A stretch of DNA of 32,000 nt, from NCBI RefSeq assembly GCF_002310835.1, contig NZ_CP011041.1, forward strand, positions 2,640,001 through 2,672,000, written 5' to 3'. The notes beneath the pieces were generated by a model. The model saw nothing but the letters and a program-made list of their open reading frames with translations. It made no database searches and was not told the origin of the DNA. Positions within the stretch are counted from its first letter, which is position 1; every line of letters starts with the position of its first letter. Positions 23,988 to 32,000 of the stretch are shown piece by piece. Both the position numbers and the translations under genes were made by a program. The stretch comes from Pseudoalteromonas tetraodonis (GTDB taxonomy: Bacteria > Pseudomonadota > Gammaproteobacteria > Enterobacterales > Alteromonadaceae).

Positions 23988-25472
23988 TTACGCACTTGGG
24001 TAATCGCGGTATGCGCGTTCTATCTTTTTAGCCTGCTTTTTAGAAATACCTAAATGGGCAAGCGCAACACGTAAACGTGCACGCGATAGATCTGATCCTA
24101 AAATCTCCATTGCATCTAATACCGAAGTTGATGATGTTTTGCCGGTAATAGCCACAAATATAGGCTCTAAGAAGTCTTTAATTTTAAGCTCGTGGAAGGT
24201 GGCTACTTCTTTTGCAATTGCAAAAATAGCTGGCTTTTCAAAGCTACGTAAGCCTTCCAGTTGCCATACAAAAAATTGCAGCGCTTGGCGAATAACATCT
24301 TCGTCAGCTTTACCGGCGGTTAATAGCGCTGGGTCGTAGGTCGGGATGCCGCCTACAAAATGCCCTGCTAAATCAACCATGTCAGAGAGTGTATTTATAC
24401 GCGTTTTAGCTTCAGGTAAGACTTTAGCCAGCATGTCGCCATTAAATTTCCAGTCAACAAAACGCTGCATTAGCTCTGCATCAGTTAAGTTTTCGCGGAT
24501 CCACATACCGTTTAACCAGCTTAACTTGTCTACGTCGAATACTGGGCCACCAAGCGATACACGCTTCATGTCAAAATGTTCAATCATTTCATTAAGGGTG
24601 AACTTTTCACGCTCATCAGGCATTGACCAACCCATACGGCCTAAGTAGTTTAGTACCGCTTCTGGTAAGTAACCCATTTCTTTGTAGTAATTAATAGACG
24701 TTGGGTTTTTACGCTTAGACAGTTTTGATTTATCTGGATTACGCAATAATGGTAAGTGACCTAGTACCGGTGCTTCCCAACCAAAATCTTCATACAGTTT
24801 TAATAGCTTAGGCGCTGAGTTTATCCACTCTTCACCACGGAAAATGTGGCTAATTTGCATATGGTGATCATCCACCACGTTAGCTAAAAAGTACGTTGGA
24901 AAACCATCCGCTTTTAATAGCACTTGCATGTCTACGTTTTCCCACGGGATCTCAATTTCGTCGCGTAGGTAATCGTTAAACTTAAAGGTACCTTCGCTTG
25001 GGATTTTCATACGTATAACGTACGGTTTACCAGCAGCTAGGTTTGCTTTAATTTCGTCTTCTGTATGGTTTAAGCCACGGCCATCGTATTTAGGACGCAG
25101 ACCTTCGGCCATTTGCTCTTCACGCATTTGGTCCAGTTCTTCGCTGGTTGCGAAACAGTAGAATGCTTTGCCGTCTTCAACTAACTGATGAGCGTATTTT
25201 TTATATAAATCACTGCGCTCAGATTGACGGTATGGACCAAATTCACCACCTACATCAGGACCATGATCCCACTCAAGGCCTAACCAGCGTAAGCTATCCA
25301 TGATGGCTTGTTCAGATTCTGGTGTGCTACGAACTTGGTCAGTATCTTCAATACGAAGTACAAATTCACCGCCTTGCTGTTTAGCAAAACAGTAATTAAA
25401 TAAGGCAATGTAAGCGGTGCCAAGATGCGGGTCACCAGTTGGCGACGGAGCAACACGGGTACGAATTGTCAT
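23988..25472 (-). CDS. gltX: Glutamate--tRNA ligase
   Basis: ATG at 25472 gives [24 protein letters not shown] (HIGH-type motif). KLSKRK (KMSKS) is present. The extra 14 N-terminal codons in the track ORF are unlikely to be translated. Confidence 0.92.
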   Translation of the reverse strand: MTIRTRVAPSPTGDPHLGTAYIALFNYCFAKQQGGEFVLRIEDTDQVRSTPESEQAIMDSLRWLGLEWDHGPDVGGEFGPYRQSERSDLYKKYAHQLVEDGKAFYCFATSEELDQMREEQMAEGLRPKYDGRGLNHTEDEIKANLAAGKPYVIRMKIPSEGTFKFNDYLRDEIEIPWENVDMQVLLKADGFPTYFLANVVDDHHMQISHIFRGEEWINSAPKLLKLYEDFGWEAPVLGHLPLLRNPDKSKLSKRKNPTSINYYKEMGYLPEAVLNYLGRMGWSMPDEREKFTLNEMIEHFDMKRVSLGGPVFDVDKLSWLNGMWIRENLTDAELMQRFVDWKFNGDMLAKVLPEAKTRINTLSDMVDLAGHFVGGIPTYDPALLTAGKADEDVIRQALQFFVWQLEGLRSFEKPAIFAIAKEVATFHELKIKDFLEPIFVAITGKTSSTSVLDAMEILGSDLSRARLRVALAHLGISKKQAKKIERAYRDYPSA

Positions 25473-25522
25473 GGTAATGTCTCTTTTAATAAGTGAGATG
25501 GTATGAAATACCAATAAATATT

Positions 25523-25888
25523 TTAAGCGGCTACTTTGTTTAAGTAAGCAATAATATCGTTTGATTCATAAAGCCATTTTACTTGGCCATCTTGCTCAAT
25601 ACGTAAACAAGGTACTTTAACTTTTCCGCCTTGCTCTAATAGCTCTTGGCGGTATTGCTCATCATTTTTTGCATCGCGTGTTTCAATTTTTAAGCCTTCA
25701 CGCTTAATTGAACGGCGCACTTTTACACAAAAAGGGCATGCTTTGAATTGATAGAGCTTAAATTGTGCGGTTTGCTGATCAAGCTTAGTTTGCTCTTGCG
25801 GATCACGTTTTTTGCTACGCGGCGTAAAAACAAAATTAAAAAATAAGATGATACAACCTAAAACCCAGCGAACTAATTTCATCTTCAA
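25523..25888 (-). CDS. Membrane-anchored glutaredoxin-family protein
   Basis: 121 aa with one N-terminal TM segment, the CPFC active site ([11 protein letters not shown]) and a glutaredoxin-fold C-terminus (VPCLRI). Confidence 0.7.
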   Translation of the reverse strand: MKMKLVRWVLGCIILFFNFVFTPRSKKRDPQEQTKLDQQTAQFKLYQFKACPFCVKVRRSIKREGLKIETRDAKNDEQYRQELLEQGGKVKVPCLRIEQDGQVKWLYESNDIIAYLNKVAA

Positions 25889-25988
25889 TACTCTTTACAA
25901 CAAATTTAAGGTGCAAGATTTTAACACAAAAAAGCGCAACACTATAAGCGGATTATACGTTGCGCTATATCGTTAAAAAAGTGCTTAA

Positions 25989-27092
25989 TTACAACACCAC
26001 CATATCATCTCTGTGTAGCACTTCCACGCCGCTATCGTAATCAAGTAAATGGCTGATTTGATTAGAATGTGCGCCTTTTATTTTATCGATTTCAAGATGG
26101 CTAAAGCGCGTTAACCCCCGTGCAATAATTTGCTGGTTTACATCAATTAAGTTAATTAAATCTCCACGTTCAAATTCACCTATGGCACGCGTAATACCTT
26201 TAGCAAGTAAACTAGCCCCCTTAGATTGCAATGCATGCACCGCACCGGCATCAATTAAAATTTGGCCACTACTTTTAGGCCCTGCCAATAACCATTTTTT
26301 TCGACCATCTTTAGGCGCGGTAAGTTTTAAAAAACGGGTGCCTGGTAGTTGCTCGCTCATGCATTTTAAAATCACATTTTCATCAGCGCCTTTGGCAATA
26401 ATCACCTCAACCCCAGCTCTTCTGGCAATATCCGCGGCCTGTAATTTGGTTGCCATACCCCCTGTGCCTAGGTTCGTACCGCTGCCACCCGCAAGTTGGC
26501 GTAACTCATCATTAATATGGGTAACTTCGTCAATCAAGGTGGCGTTAATGTCGGTGCGCGGATCGCTGGTGAATAACCCTTGTTGGTCGGTCAGTAGCAG
26601 TAACTTATCGGCATTGGCTAAAATAGCCACCAATGCCGACAAGTTATCGTTATCACCTACTTTTATTTCGCTAGTAGCAACTGCGTCATTTTCATTAATG
26701 ATCGGCACTACATCGTAATTTAATAGGGCATTGAGGGTATCGCGTGCATTTAAATAGCGCTCTCTGTCGTCAACATCCGCGCGCGTTAGTAGCATTTGCC
26801 CGACGTTAATGCCATACAACGCAAATAAGCTTTGCCAAATATGAATGAGCTGCCCCTGTCCAATGGCGGCCAACATTTGTTTGTCTATTAATGTGCGCCC
26901 ACAGGGTTTTAATAGCTGTTCGCGACCTGCGGCAACCGCACCGCTTGATACTAAAATAACGTGATGACCTTGCTTTTTTAGCTCACTGCATTGGCGAACA
27001 AGTTCCACCATATGTGCTTTGTCTAACTTATCGGTACCGCCAGTGAGTACGCTTGTACCTAGCTTTACAACTACGACCTGATCCCTTTGCAT
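25989..27092 (-). CDS. proB: Glutamate 5-kinase with C-terminal PUA domain
   Basis: 367 aa with [21 protein letters not shown] and [10 protein letters not shown] blocks. The C-terminal PUA-like region contains [11 protein letters not shown]. Confidence 0.92.
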   Translation of the reverse strand: MQRDQVVVVKLGTSVLTGGTDKLDKAHMVELVRQCSELKKQGHHVILVSSGAVAAGREQLLKPCGRTLIDKQMLAAIGQGQLIHIWQSLFALYGINVGQMLLTRADVDDRERYLNARDTLNALLNYDVVPIINENDAVATSEIKVGDNDNLSALVAILANADKLLLLTDQQGLFTSDPRTDINATLIDEVTHINDELRQLAGGSGTNLGTGGMATKLQAADIARRAGVEVIIAKGADENVILKCMSEQLPGTRFLKLTAPKDGRKKWLLAGPKSSGQILIDAGAVHALQSKGASLLAKGITRAIGEFERGDLINLIDVNQQIIARGLTRFSHLEIDKIKGAHSNQISHLLDYDSGVEVLHRDDMVVL

Positions 27093-27181
27093 GTTTTTTA
27101 CTTAGCGCAATAAATGATGAATTTATTTATACCAGTTCGGTATTTTTGAACAAGTAAAAAATATTCAATCACCCCCTCTGC

Positions 27182-28183
27182 ATGCTAGGATCGCACTATA
27201 TTCAACCGATTAAATTACACCTTATGCCTGCCAGTTTATGTTTAATTATTGCCACCTTTTTGTGGGGTAGCTCCTTTATTGCACTTAAATACGCGATTGC
27301 GATTTATGACCCTGCCTTGGTGATATTTTTACGTATGCTCACCACTTTACTGATTTCGTTATGTTTATGGCGTTACGTAATTCGCTTTGAATATTTAAAA
27401 GGCGATTGGAAGTACTTATTAGGCATGTCACTGGCAGAGCCTTGCTTGTACTTTTTATTTGAAGGCCACGCAATGGAATATACCTCAGCGTCTCAAGCGG
27501 GGGTGATTGTTTCTTGTTTACCCATTATTGTGGCATTTTTAGCGTTTTTCATGCTCAAAGAGCATATTAGTAGAGCTATTGTAGTGGGTTTTACGCTGTG
27601 TATTGGCGGCAGTATTTTACTTACCTTGCTCTCACCGAGTTCAAGCCAAGCCCCAAACCCATTACTGGGGAATTTTTTAGAATTAATGGCCATGGTGTGC
27701 GCGGCATTTTATACCGTGTGTATAAAACATTTAGCTAACCGCTACTCCCCGCTCACATTGATTGCTCTGCAAGGCGTGAGTGGTAGTTTGTTTTTTGCTC
27801 CGTTTTTACTGTTTATTGACCTACCCAGTGAAAACCAACACGATTTAACCGCACTAATGAGCATTTTGTACTTAGGCTCTTGTGTTACTTTGGGTGGGTA
27901 CGGCATGTACAACTATGCGATTAGTAAAGTGTCGGTGTTAACCGCCGCGGCTTATTCTAATTTAATCCCTATTTTCACTTTAATTTTGTCAGCCATTATC
28001 CTCAACGAAGTACTAACTCTTGGCCAGTGGATCAGCATATTTGTGGTGTTTATAGGCGTAATGATTAGTCAACGCCATCAAGAACTAGTGGTCGATATTC
28101 CTAACTCAACTTCGGGTGAGGATATTTCTGCCGACACTAACCATCTTAAATCGGTACCCGAGGCCAGTGAATCAAAAGGGTAA
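27182..28183 (+). CDS. EamA/DMT-superfamily transporter
   Basis: About 10 TM segments in two EamA repeats (FLWGSSFIALKY). The start is either ATG 27182 or ATG 27224. The hydrophilic C-terminal tail overlaps the convergent sortase gene. Confidence 0.8.
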   Translation: MLGSHYIQPIKLHLMPASLCLIIATFLWGSSFIALKYAIAIYDPALVIFLRMLTTLLISLCLWRYVIRFEYLKGDWKYLLGMSLAEPCLYFLFEGHAMEYTSASQAGVIVSCLPIIVAFLAFFMLKEHISRAIVVGFTLCIGGSILLTLLSPSSSQAPNPLLGNFLELMAMVCAAFYTVCIKHLANRYSPLTLIALQGVSGSLFFAPFLLFIDLPSENQHDLTALMSILYLGSCVTLGGYGMYNYAISKVSVLTAAAYSNLIPIFTLILSAIILNEVLTLGQWISIFVVFIGVMISQRHQELVVDIPNSTSGEDISADTNHLKSVPEASESKG

Positions 28184-28683
28184 CAGGTTAATAAATACAG
28201 CCCTGATTGCTGCAAAAAATCGGTGTTGTACTGATTAATTACCTCAACATGTGTTACTGAATAATGCTGCACTTGGCCATTTTTAAGTTGTAGAGAAAAT
28301 TGCTCCCCCACTTTAGCGTTTTTTAAAAACGCAAAGTGGGTATCGTTGTGGCCGGCAATAAGTGCTCCTTGCGAGTTACCAAAATCAGCCCCACCTAAAT
28401 CCCCTGCTGGTAAAAAGTGGCTCGGCGCAAACGCTAAGTTTCTACCACTTGCACCATCAAGCACGGTTAGTCGTTTATTATGCTTTGGCCATATTATTTG
28501 TGCCACCGGGTAGCTATCAGCATAAAACCACGGCTTAATTTTTTTATTGGGCGATTTAAGGGCTCTTTGCCAAGCTTGCTCTATTAACACTTGTGCAAGC
28601 CATGCCTTTGACTGCATGTATACACCATGGCCAAACAAGCTCAGCCCAAAGGCAAGTAAACCTATGCTTAGCCACTTTTTCAT
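28078..28683 (-). CDS. Sortase of the proteobacterial dedicated sortase (Pds) system
   Basis: 201 aa with an N-terminal TM anchor. The His-Cys-Arg triad contexts are IAGHNDTHF, LLTCYPF and DLRWLV. The ATG overlaps the stop of the target gene (ATGA, 28680-28683). Confidence 0.8.
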   Translation of the reverse strand: MKKWLSIGLLAFGLSLFGHGVYMQSKAWLAQVLIEQAWQRALKSPNKKIKPWFYADSYPVAQIIWPKHNKRLTVLDGASGRNLAFAPSHFLPAGDLGGADFGNSQGALIAGHNDTHFAFLKNAKVGEQFSLQLKNGQVQHYSVTHVEVINQYNTDFLQQSGLYLLTCYPFDSLASGTDLRWLVSAEISSPEVELGISTTSS

Positions 28684-30680
28684 TTACAGCGCCTTACTAA
28701 CAACAGACCACCTAGAAGTAGTAATGCACCAAACACAATATGCATTTTGCTTTGCCCATCTGTTTGCGGCAAGCGCATGGTCATTCCTTGTGGCATAGTA
28801 TTAGCCACTTGTGTGCTTTGTTTAGCAACTTCTTTAATAGTGGTCTCTTCTATGGCAATAAACGCAGTAAATGGGCTAAGTAATTGATGCTCAAGCGCGA
28901 GCTGCTGCACTTGCTGTTTTACAACACTTTGTTGGTTGTATAACAATAACGACTTTATTTTTTGACGTGCCCAAAGCTTATCAATTCCTGTAGCTTTTGA
29001 ATTTGCTTGCGGATTAAGCTTAACCTTAAACTCCCCATGCGCCGTTTGCCCAGTAAAAGTAATTGCATCGGTATTGTCTAATTTAATAGCCACCATAATA
29101 GGCTCAGCAAAATATAGGTCGGGCAAAGGTGAGGGCCAAAAATCTAAGCTGTCTCCATTTGTATTTGTTAACGCTAAATTAGTCATCGCCGGGTGAGCAA
29201 GTTTATCAAACAACTGCTGCATTTTCGGCTGCACATCATGAGCACTGCTTATAAAGGTGTAAGTTCCCTTACCTATATCAGCGGCACGACGCATAAAATA
29301 ACGGTTAGGTGCGCTACCAATGCCCACGGTAAATAAACGGCTATCACCTAAGGTATGCCCAATATGTTTAAATAACTGATCTTCGTTACTTACGCTACCA
29401 TCGGTTAAAAATACAACTTGGCGCACAAACCCTTCAAACTGCGTACCATCAAGTACAGCATCAAGTGCGCCTTTTATTTCAGTTCCGCCATCGGCTTGTA
29501 AATTATAAATAAAACGCTCTGCGCGACGTAAATTGAAGTCACTGGCAATTAATGGGGTCTCACTCATGACTGCAACCTCATTATTAAAACTGACAATATT
29601 GAAGCTATCATCACTATCTAATAATGATAATGCGTAAAACAGCGCTTTTTTAGCTTGTTCAATAGACTGCCCATGCATAGATCCCGAAGTATCAACTACA
29701 AACACCATTTCACGCGGTAAACGCTGAGATTGAGTAAAACTATCGCTTGGCGGCATTAACATTGCTAACGCATACTGCTCACCATTTTGTGCTTGCTGAG
29801 TAAAAAGTGCAGCTTGCGCTTGCGCTATTTGAAGTGGCTTAAACTCAAGTACAAAGTCTCTATTTATGGCTTGCTGTTGTTTTAGCACAATGCTGTATTG
29901 CCCAAATGCAGGGTTTTCAATATTAACTTGATGGTACTTAGCGTTTATATCAACCAATTCTAAGCCTATATCCATGTTAATTGTTAAGCTTAAATCACTG
30001 GCATTTGCCGCCTCATTGGTTTGTTTTGTGTAAACAGGGCTTAACCAACCCTGTGGAGTGAACGAAGGTGCATTAGCGCTTTTTATCGCATGCTTATCTT
30101 GATCATCGTTAACTTCTCCTGTTATTGCATGATAGCGTGGCGTAATTGTAGTTGGAAAATGAATCGCAAAGGTTCCGTGTTGGTAATCAATAATCTCTTG
30201 ATACTCAAGCGTTATAGCTATTTCTTCTCCGGGCCCTACATTTGCCACATTTGTAATAAACATATTTGCACGTTGCTGTCGCAACAATGAAGCTTGTTTG
30301 CCTGCTTTTTTGGCAGCTTGGTACTGTTTTTCAGCTTGGCGTTTTTTTGTTATTTTACCTTTGATAACTCGCTCGCCAATGCGCATGGTCATTGCTTGCA
30401 CGGCGCTTTCATCGGGTAAAGGAAATACATAACGTGCATTTACGGCAAAAGGGTTTTCATTTATGTAGTGCTGCGTAACTACAACACGATTAATTAGCCC
30501 TGTTAGGGTCATTTTTGCATCGCTTTTTAAAATAACCCCAGGGTTAACCGCCACTCCTTGGCTATCAAACAAGGATAGTTTTGGCGACTGTGCATGGCTT
30601 TTAAAGCTGGCTAAAAGCACGATGATAATAAAAATAAAAAGGCTTACCTTGGTAAGCACTTTGGTGGGTTTACTCAACAT
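28680..30680 (-). CDS. VIT plus von Willebrand factor A domain sortase-target protein with a C-terminal LPQTD sorting signal
   Basis: 666 aa with a signal peptide, a VIT-like N-terminal domain and a vWA MIDAS motif (VVDTSGSMHG). The C-terminus is RLPQTDGQSKMHIVFGALLLLGGLLLVRRCK (motif, TM segment, basic tail). A strong GGGAG RBS is present. Confidence 0.85.
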   Translation of the reverse strand: MLSKPTKVLTKVSLFIFIIIVLLASFKSHAQSPKLSLFDSQGVAVNPGVILKSDAKMTLTGLINRVVVTQHYINENPFAVNARYVFPLPDESAVQAMTMRIGERVIKGKITKKRQAEKQYQAAKKAGKQASLLRQQRANMFITNVANVGPGEEIAITLEYQEIIDYQHGTFAIHFPTTITPRYHAITGEVNDDQDKHAIKSANAPSFTPQGWLSPVYTKQTNEAANASDLSLTINMDIGLELVDINAKYHQVNIENPAFGQYSIVLKQQQAINRDFVLEFKPLQIAQAQAALFTQQAQNGEQYALAMLMPPSDSFTQSQRLPREMVFVVDTSGSMHGQSIEQAKKALFYALSLLDSDDSFNIVSFNNEVAVMSETPLIASDFNLRRAERFIYNLQADGGTEIKGALDAVLDGTQFEGFVRQVVFLTDGSVSNEDQLFKHIGHTLGDSRLFTVGIGSAPNRYFMRRAADIGKGTYTFISSAHDVQPKMQQLFDKLAHPAMTNLALTNTNGDSLDFWPSPLPDLYFAEPIMVAIKLDNTDAITFTGQTAHGEFKVKLNPQANSKATGIDKLWARQKIKSLLLYNQQSVVKQQVQQLALEHQLLSPFTAFIAIEETTIKEVAKQSTQVANTMPQGMTMRLPQTDGQSKMHIVFGALLLLGGLLLVRRCK

Positions 30681-30705
30681 AAATCACTCCCTCGAACGCA
30701 CGCTG

Positions 30706-31431
30706 TTAATTGCTTGCTGTTTGGTCAGTAGTTTGATTTAGCGCACGGGTAGTGAGAGTAACGCGTCTGTCAAAAAAGTTATCTTCAAGGGTGTTACTGT
30801 TTGCTATGCTTTGCTGCTCGCCAAATGCTTGTGCGCTTAAACGTATATGGCTTACACCTTGTTTAATTAAGTAACTTTGTACGGCGTTTACTCTGGCTTT
30901 TGAAAGTAATAAGTTTGCTTGCTCTTCACCACGCTGATCGGCAAAGCCACTTAAATCGAGTGCGAGTTGCGGTTGGCTTTTTAATAACGCTACCAATTGA
31001 TCAAGCTGCTTGGCAAAATGTGGAGCAATATCGCTAGAGCCAGTTTTAAATTGCACCGTCATTGCCAATAAATTATTAAGCTGCGATTGCGTTAGTTGCT
31101 CATTTTGCTGAGCCAGTAGCTCAAGTTGCGCCTCTAGGTGACTGTTATGATTAAGAACATGCTGGTAGTCGTTGGTTTTCTCTGCCATTACAGTTAAAGC
31201 TTGCAGCTGCTCAGCAATGGTTTGCTCAGCCACCTTGGCATCGCCAATCAAACCACCAGCAAATGCGCCTACAAACGCGCCGATTGGCCCACCAACAACA
31301 CCACCAATAATGGCACCGGTGCTCAGGCCAACAATTGTTTCTTTTTTTGCTTCTTTTGATGGGGTATCCGCAGCAAATACTGGCGTACAAAAAGTGCTAA
31401 CAAGTGTGAGTGCGATTAATGTTTTCTTCAT
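30706..31431 (-). CDS. OmpA-family protein of the sortase system (PdsO-like) with a glycine-zipper segment
   Basis: ATG at 31431 gives MKKTLIALTLVSTFCTPVFA (signal peptide); the track ORF starts at GTG 31479. It has the Gly-zipper GAIIGGVVGGPIGAFVGAFAGGLIG, a coiled-coil region and a C-terminal OmpA-like domain (FADQRGEEQANLLLSKARVNAV). Confidence 0.75.
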   Translation of the reverse strand: MKKTLIALTLVSTFCTPVFAADTPSKEAKKETIVGLSTGAIIGGVVGGPIGAFVGAFAGGLIGDAKVAEQTIAEQLQALTVMAEKTNDYQHVLNHNSHLEAQLELLAQQNEQLTQSQLNNLLAMTVQFKTGSSDIAPHFAKQLDQLVALLKSQPQLALDLSGFADQRGEEQANLLLSKARVNAVQSYLIKQGVSHIRLSAQAFGEQQSIANSNTLEDNFFDRRVTLTTRALNQTTDQTASN

Positions 31432-31657
31432 GGTCGATTCCTTACTATTAATAATGGTTGGCAAGCTATTGGTTGGCACTTGCGTTGTATTGGTAATTTC
31501 AATAGCTGTATTAAAACACTATGAAGTGGCAATAAAGGGGAGTAAAAATGGCAAACTGCTGAGCAATTGTGGCAAAAAAATGGCAATTGTGTTTTTAACC
31601 GTACTTAGCGCAAAAACTTCGCTATAGTGCGCCTAAGTCAATATGAGTAATTAAAAA

Positions 31658-32000
31658 ATGAAAAAAATAGCTATCGTTGAAGATGAAACTGCCATTCGCG
31701 AAAACTACATAGAAATGCTAAGCGCTCAAGGCTATCAGGTAAGTGGTTATGAAAACCGCCCTCAAGCAGAAGTCGCTTTTAAAGAAGCACTCCCCGATTT
31801 AGCCATTGTTGATATTGGCTTAGGCCATGAAATAGATGGCGGCTTTTTACTGTGCCAAACACTGCGTTCACTTTCTAAAACCTTACCAATTATTTTTTTA
31901 ACCGCTCGCGACAGCGAAATAGACACCGTATGCGGCCTGCGCATGGGCGCCGATGACTACTTAACCAAAGATATTAGCTTAGCGCATTTAGCCGCGCGTA
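31658..32000 (+). CDS. Response regulator receiver domain (OmpR-type; PdsR-like), partial, continuing beyond the window end
   Basis: ATG at 31658 gives MKKIAIVEDETAIRENY...DLAIVDIGL...IIFLTARDSEIDTVCGLRMGADDYLTKD (phospho-acceptor Asp context). It has no stop in the window, so it is absent from the ORF track. Confidence 0.8.
   Translation, partial: MKKIAIVEDETAIRENYIEMLSAQGYQVSGYENRPQAEVAFKEALPDLAIVDIGLGHEIDGGFLLCQTLRSLSKTLPIIFLTARDSEIDTVCGLRMGADDYLTKDISLAHLAAR

Noticed and set aside
25473-25514. N-terminal extension of gltX ([14 protein letters not shown]) and similar track extensions. Examples are TTG 11561 for czcD, 12342 for the transglutaminase-like gene, GTG 31479 for the OmpA-like gene, and 12955 for the MerR-family gene.
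   Set aside because: Internal ATG codons with proper RBS spacing and canonical N-termini (HIGH region, signal peptides, HTH) are more plausible. The track simply reports the longest frames, including non-ATG starts.
26182-26718. 178-aa plus-strand ORF inside proB.
   Set aside because: It is antisense to a highly recognisable glutamate 5-kinase, with an Ala/Ser/Pro-rich shadow translation.
31474-31489. Sigma-54 promoter (TGGCAC-N5-TTGTA) upstream of the response regulator.
   Set aside because: The -12 element reads TTGT instead of TTGC. The TGGCA motif is part of a larger repeated TGGCAA family, which is more simply explained as regulator boxes. It cannot be excluded without data.
31172-31627. 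151-aa plus-strand ORF spanning the pdsO 5' end and the intergenic region.
   Set aside because: It is the antisense shadow of the glycine-zipper coding segment (Pro/Ala-rich translation). It runs through the repeat-rich promoter region.

Overview
AT-rich chromosomal segment that looks like a marine gammaproteobacterium (Alteromonadales or Pseudoalteromonas-like; this is inference from gene content and composition only). Housekeeping-type genes sit at both sides. On the left (1-2235) are an M16 peptidase and an MTHFR-like gene preceded by a MetJ box. On the right (20384-28183) are rhlE, a MaoC/hotdog-like protein, an RcsF-like lipoprotein, a CPBP protease, gltX, a glutaredoxin, proB and an EamA transporter. 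Between them lies an accessory metal-resistance island of about 18 kb (about 2236-20383). It begins with a (GGGGTTC)n tandem repeat, an orphan ORF carrying a HEPN-like RNxxxH motif, and a short tyrosine recombinase. Module 1 is one long minus-strand gene string: CDF-like transporter, transglutaminase-like protein, CzcD, a small Cys/His-rich periplasmic protein, then CzcC, CzcB and CzcA. Its only clear promoter is a MerR-type promoter with a 19-bp spacer and a perfect 17-bp palindrome, divergent from a CadR/PbrR/ZntR-like regulator. Module 2 is a minimal mer remnant: a MerR with all three Hg-ligand cysteines, a near-canonical merO/P, and a frameshifted MerC-family gene. No merA, merT or merP is present in the window. 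Module 3 is an ars operon. It is preceded by two tandem 16-bp perfect palindromes and headed by an unusual ArsC(LMW-PTP)-ArsR fusion, followed by ACR3, a second CX5R phosphatase, GAPDH and ArsJ. A convergent GDCCVxC cysteine-rich protein follows. The right end of the window (28078-32000) holds a proteobacterial dedicated sortase system: OmpA-like protein, VIT-vWA target with an LPQTD sorting signal, sortase, and a divergent response regulator. Its intergenic region carries helically phased TGGCAA repeats. I found no rRNA, tRNA or CRISPR. All calls rest on reading the translations and sequence by eye; no searches were run.
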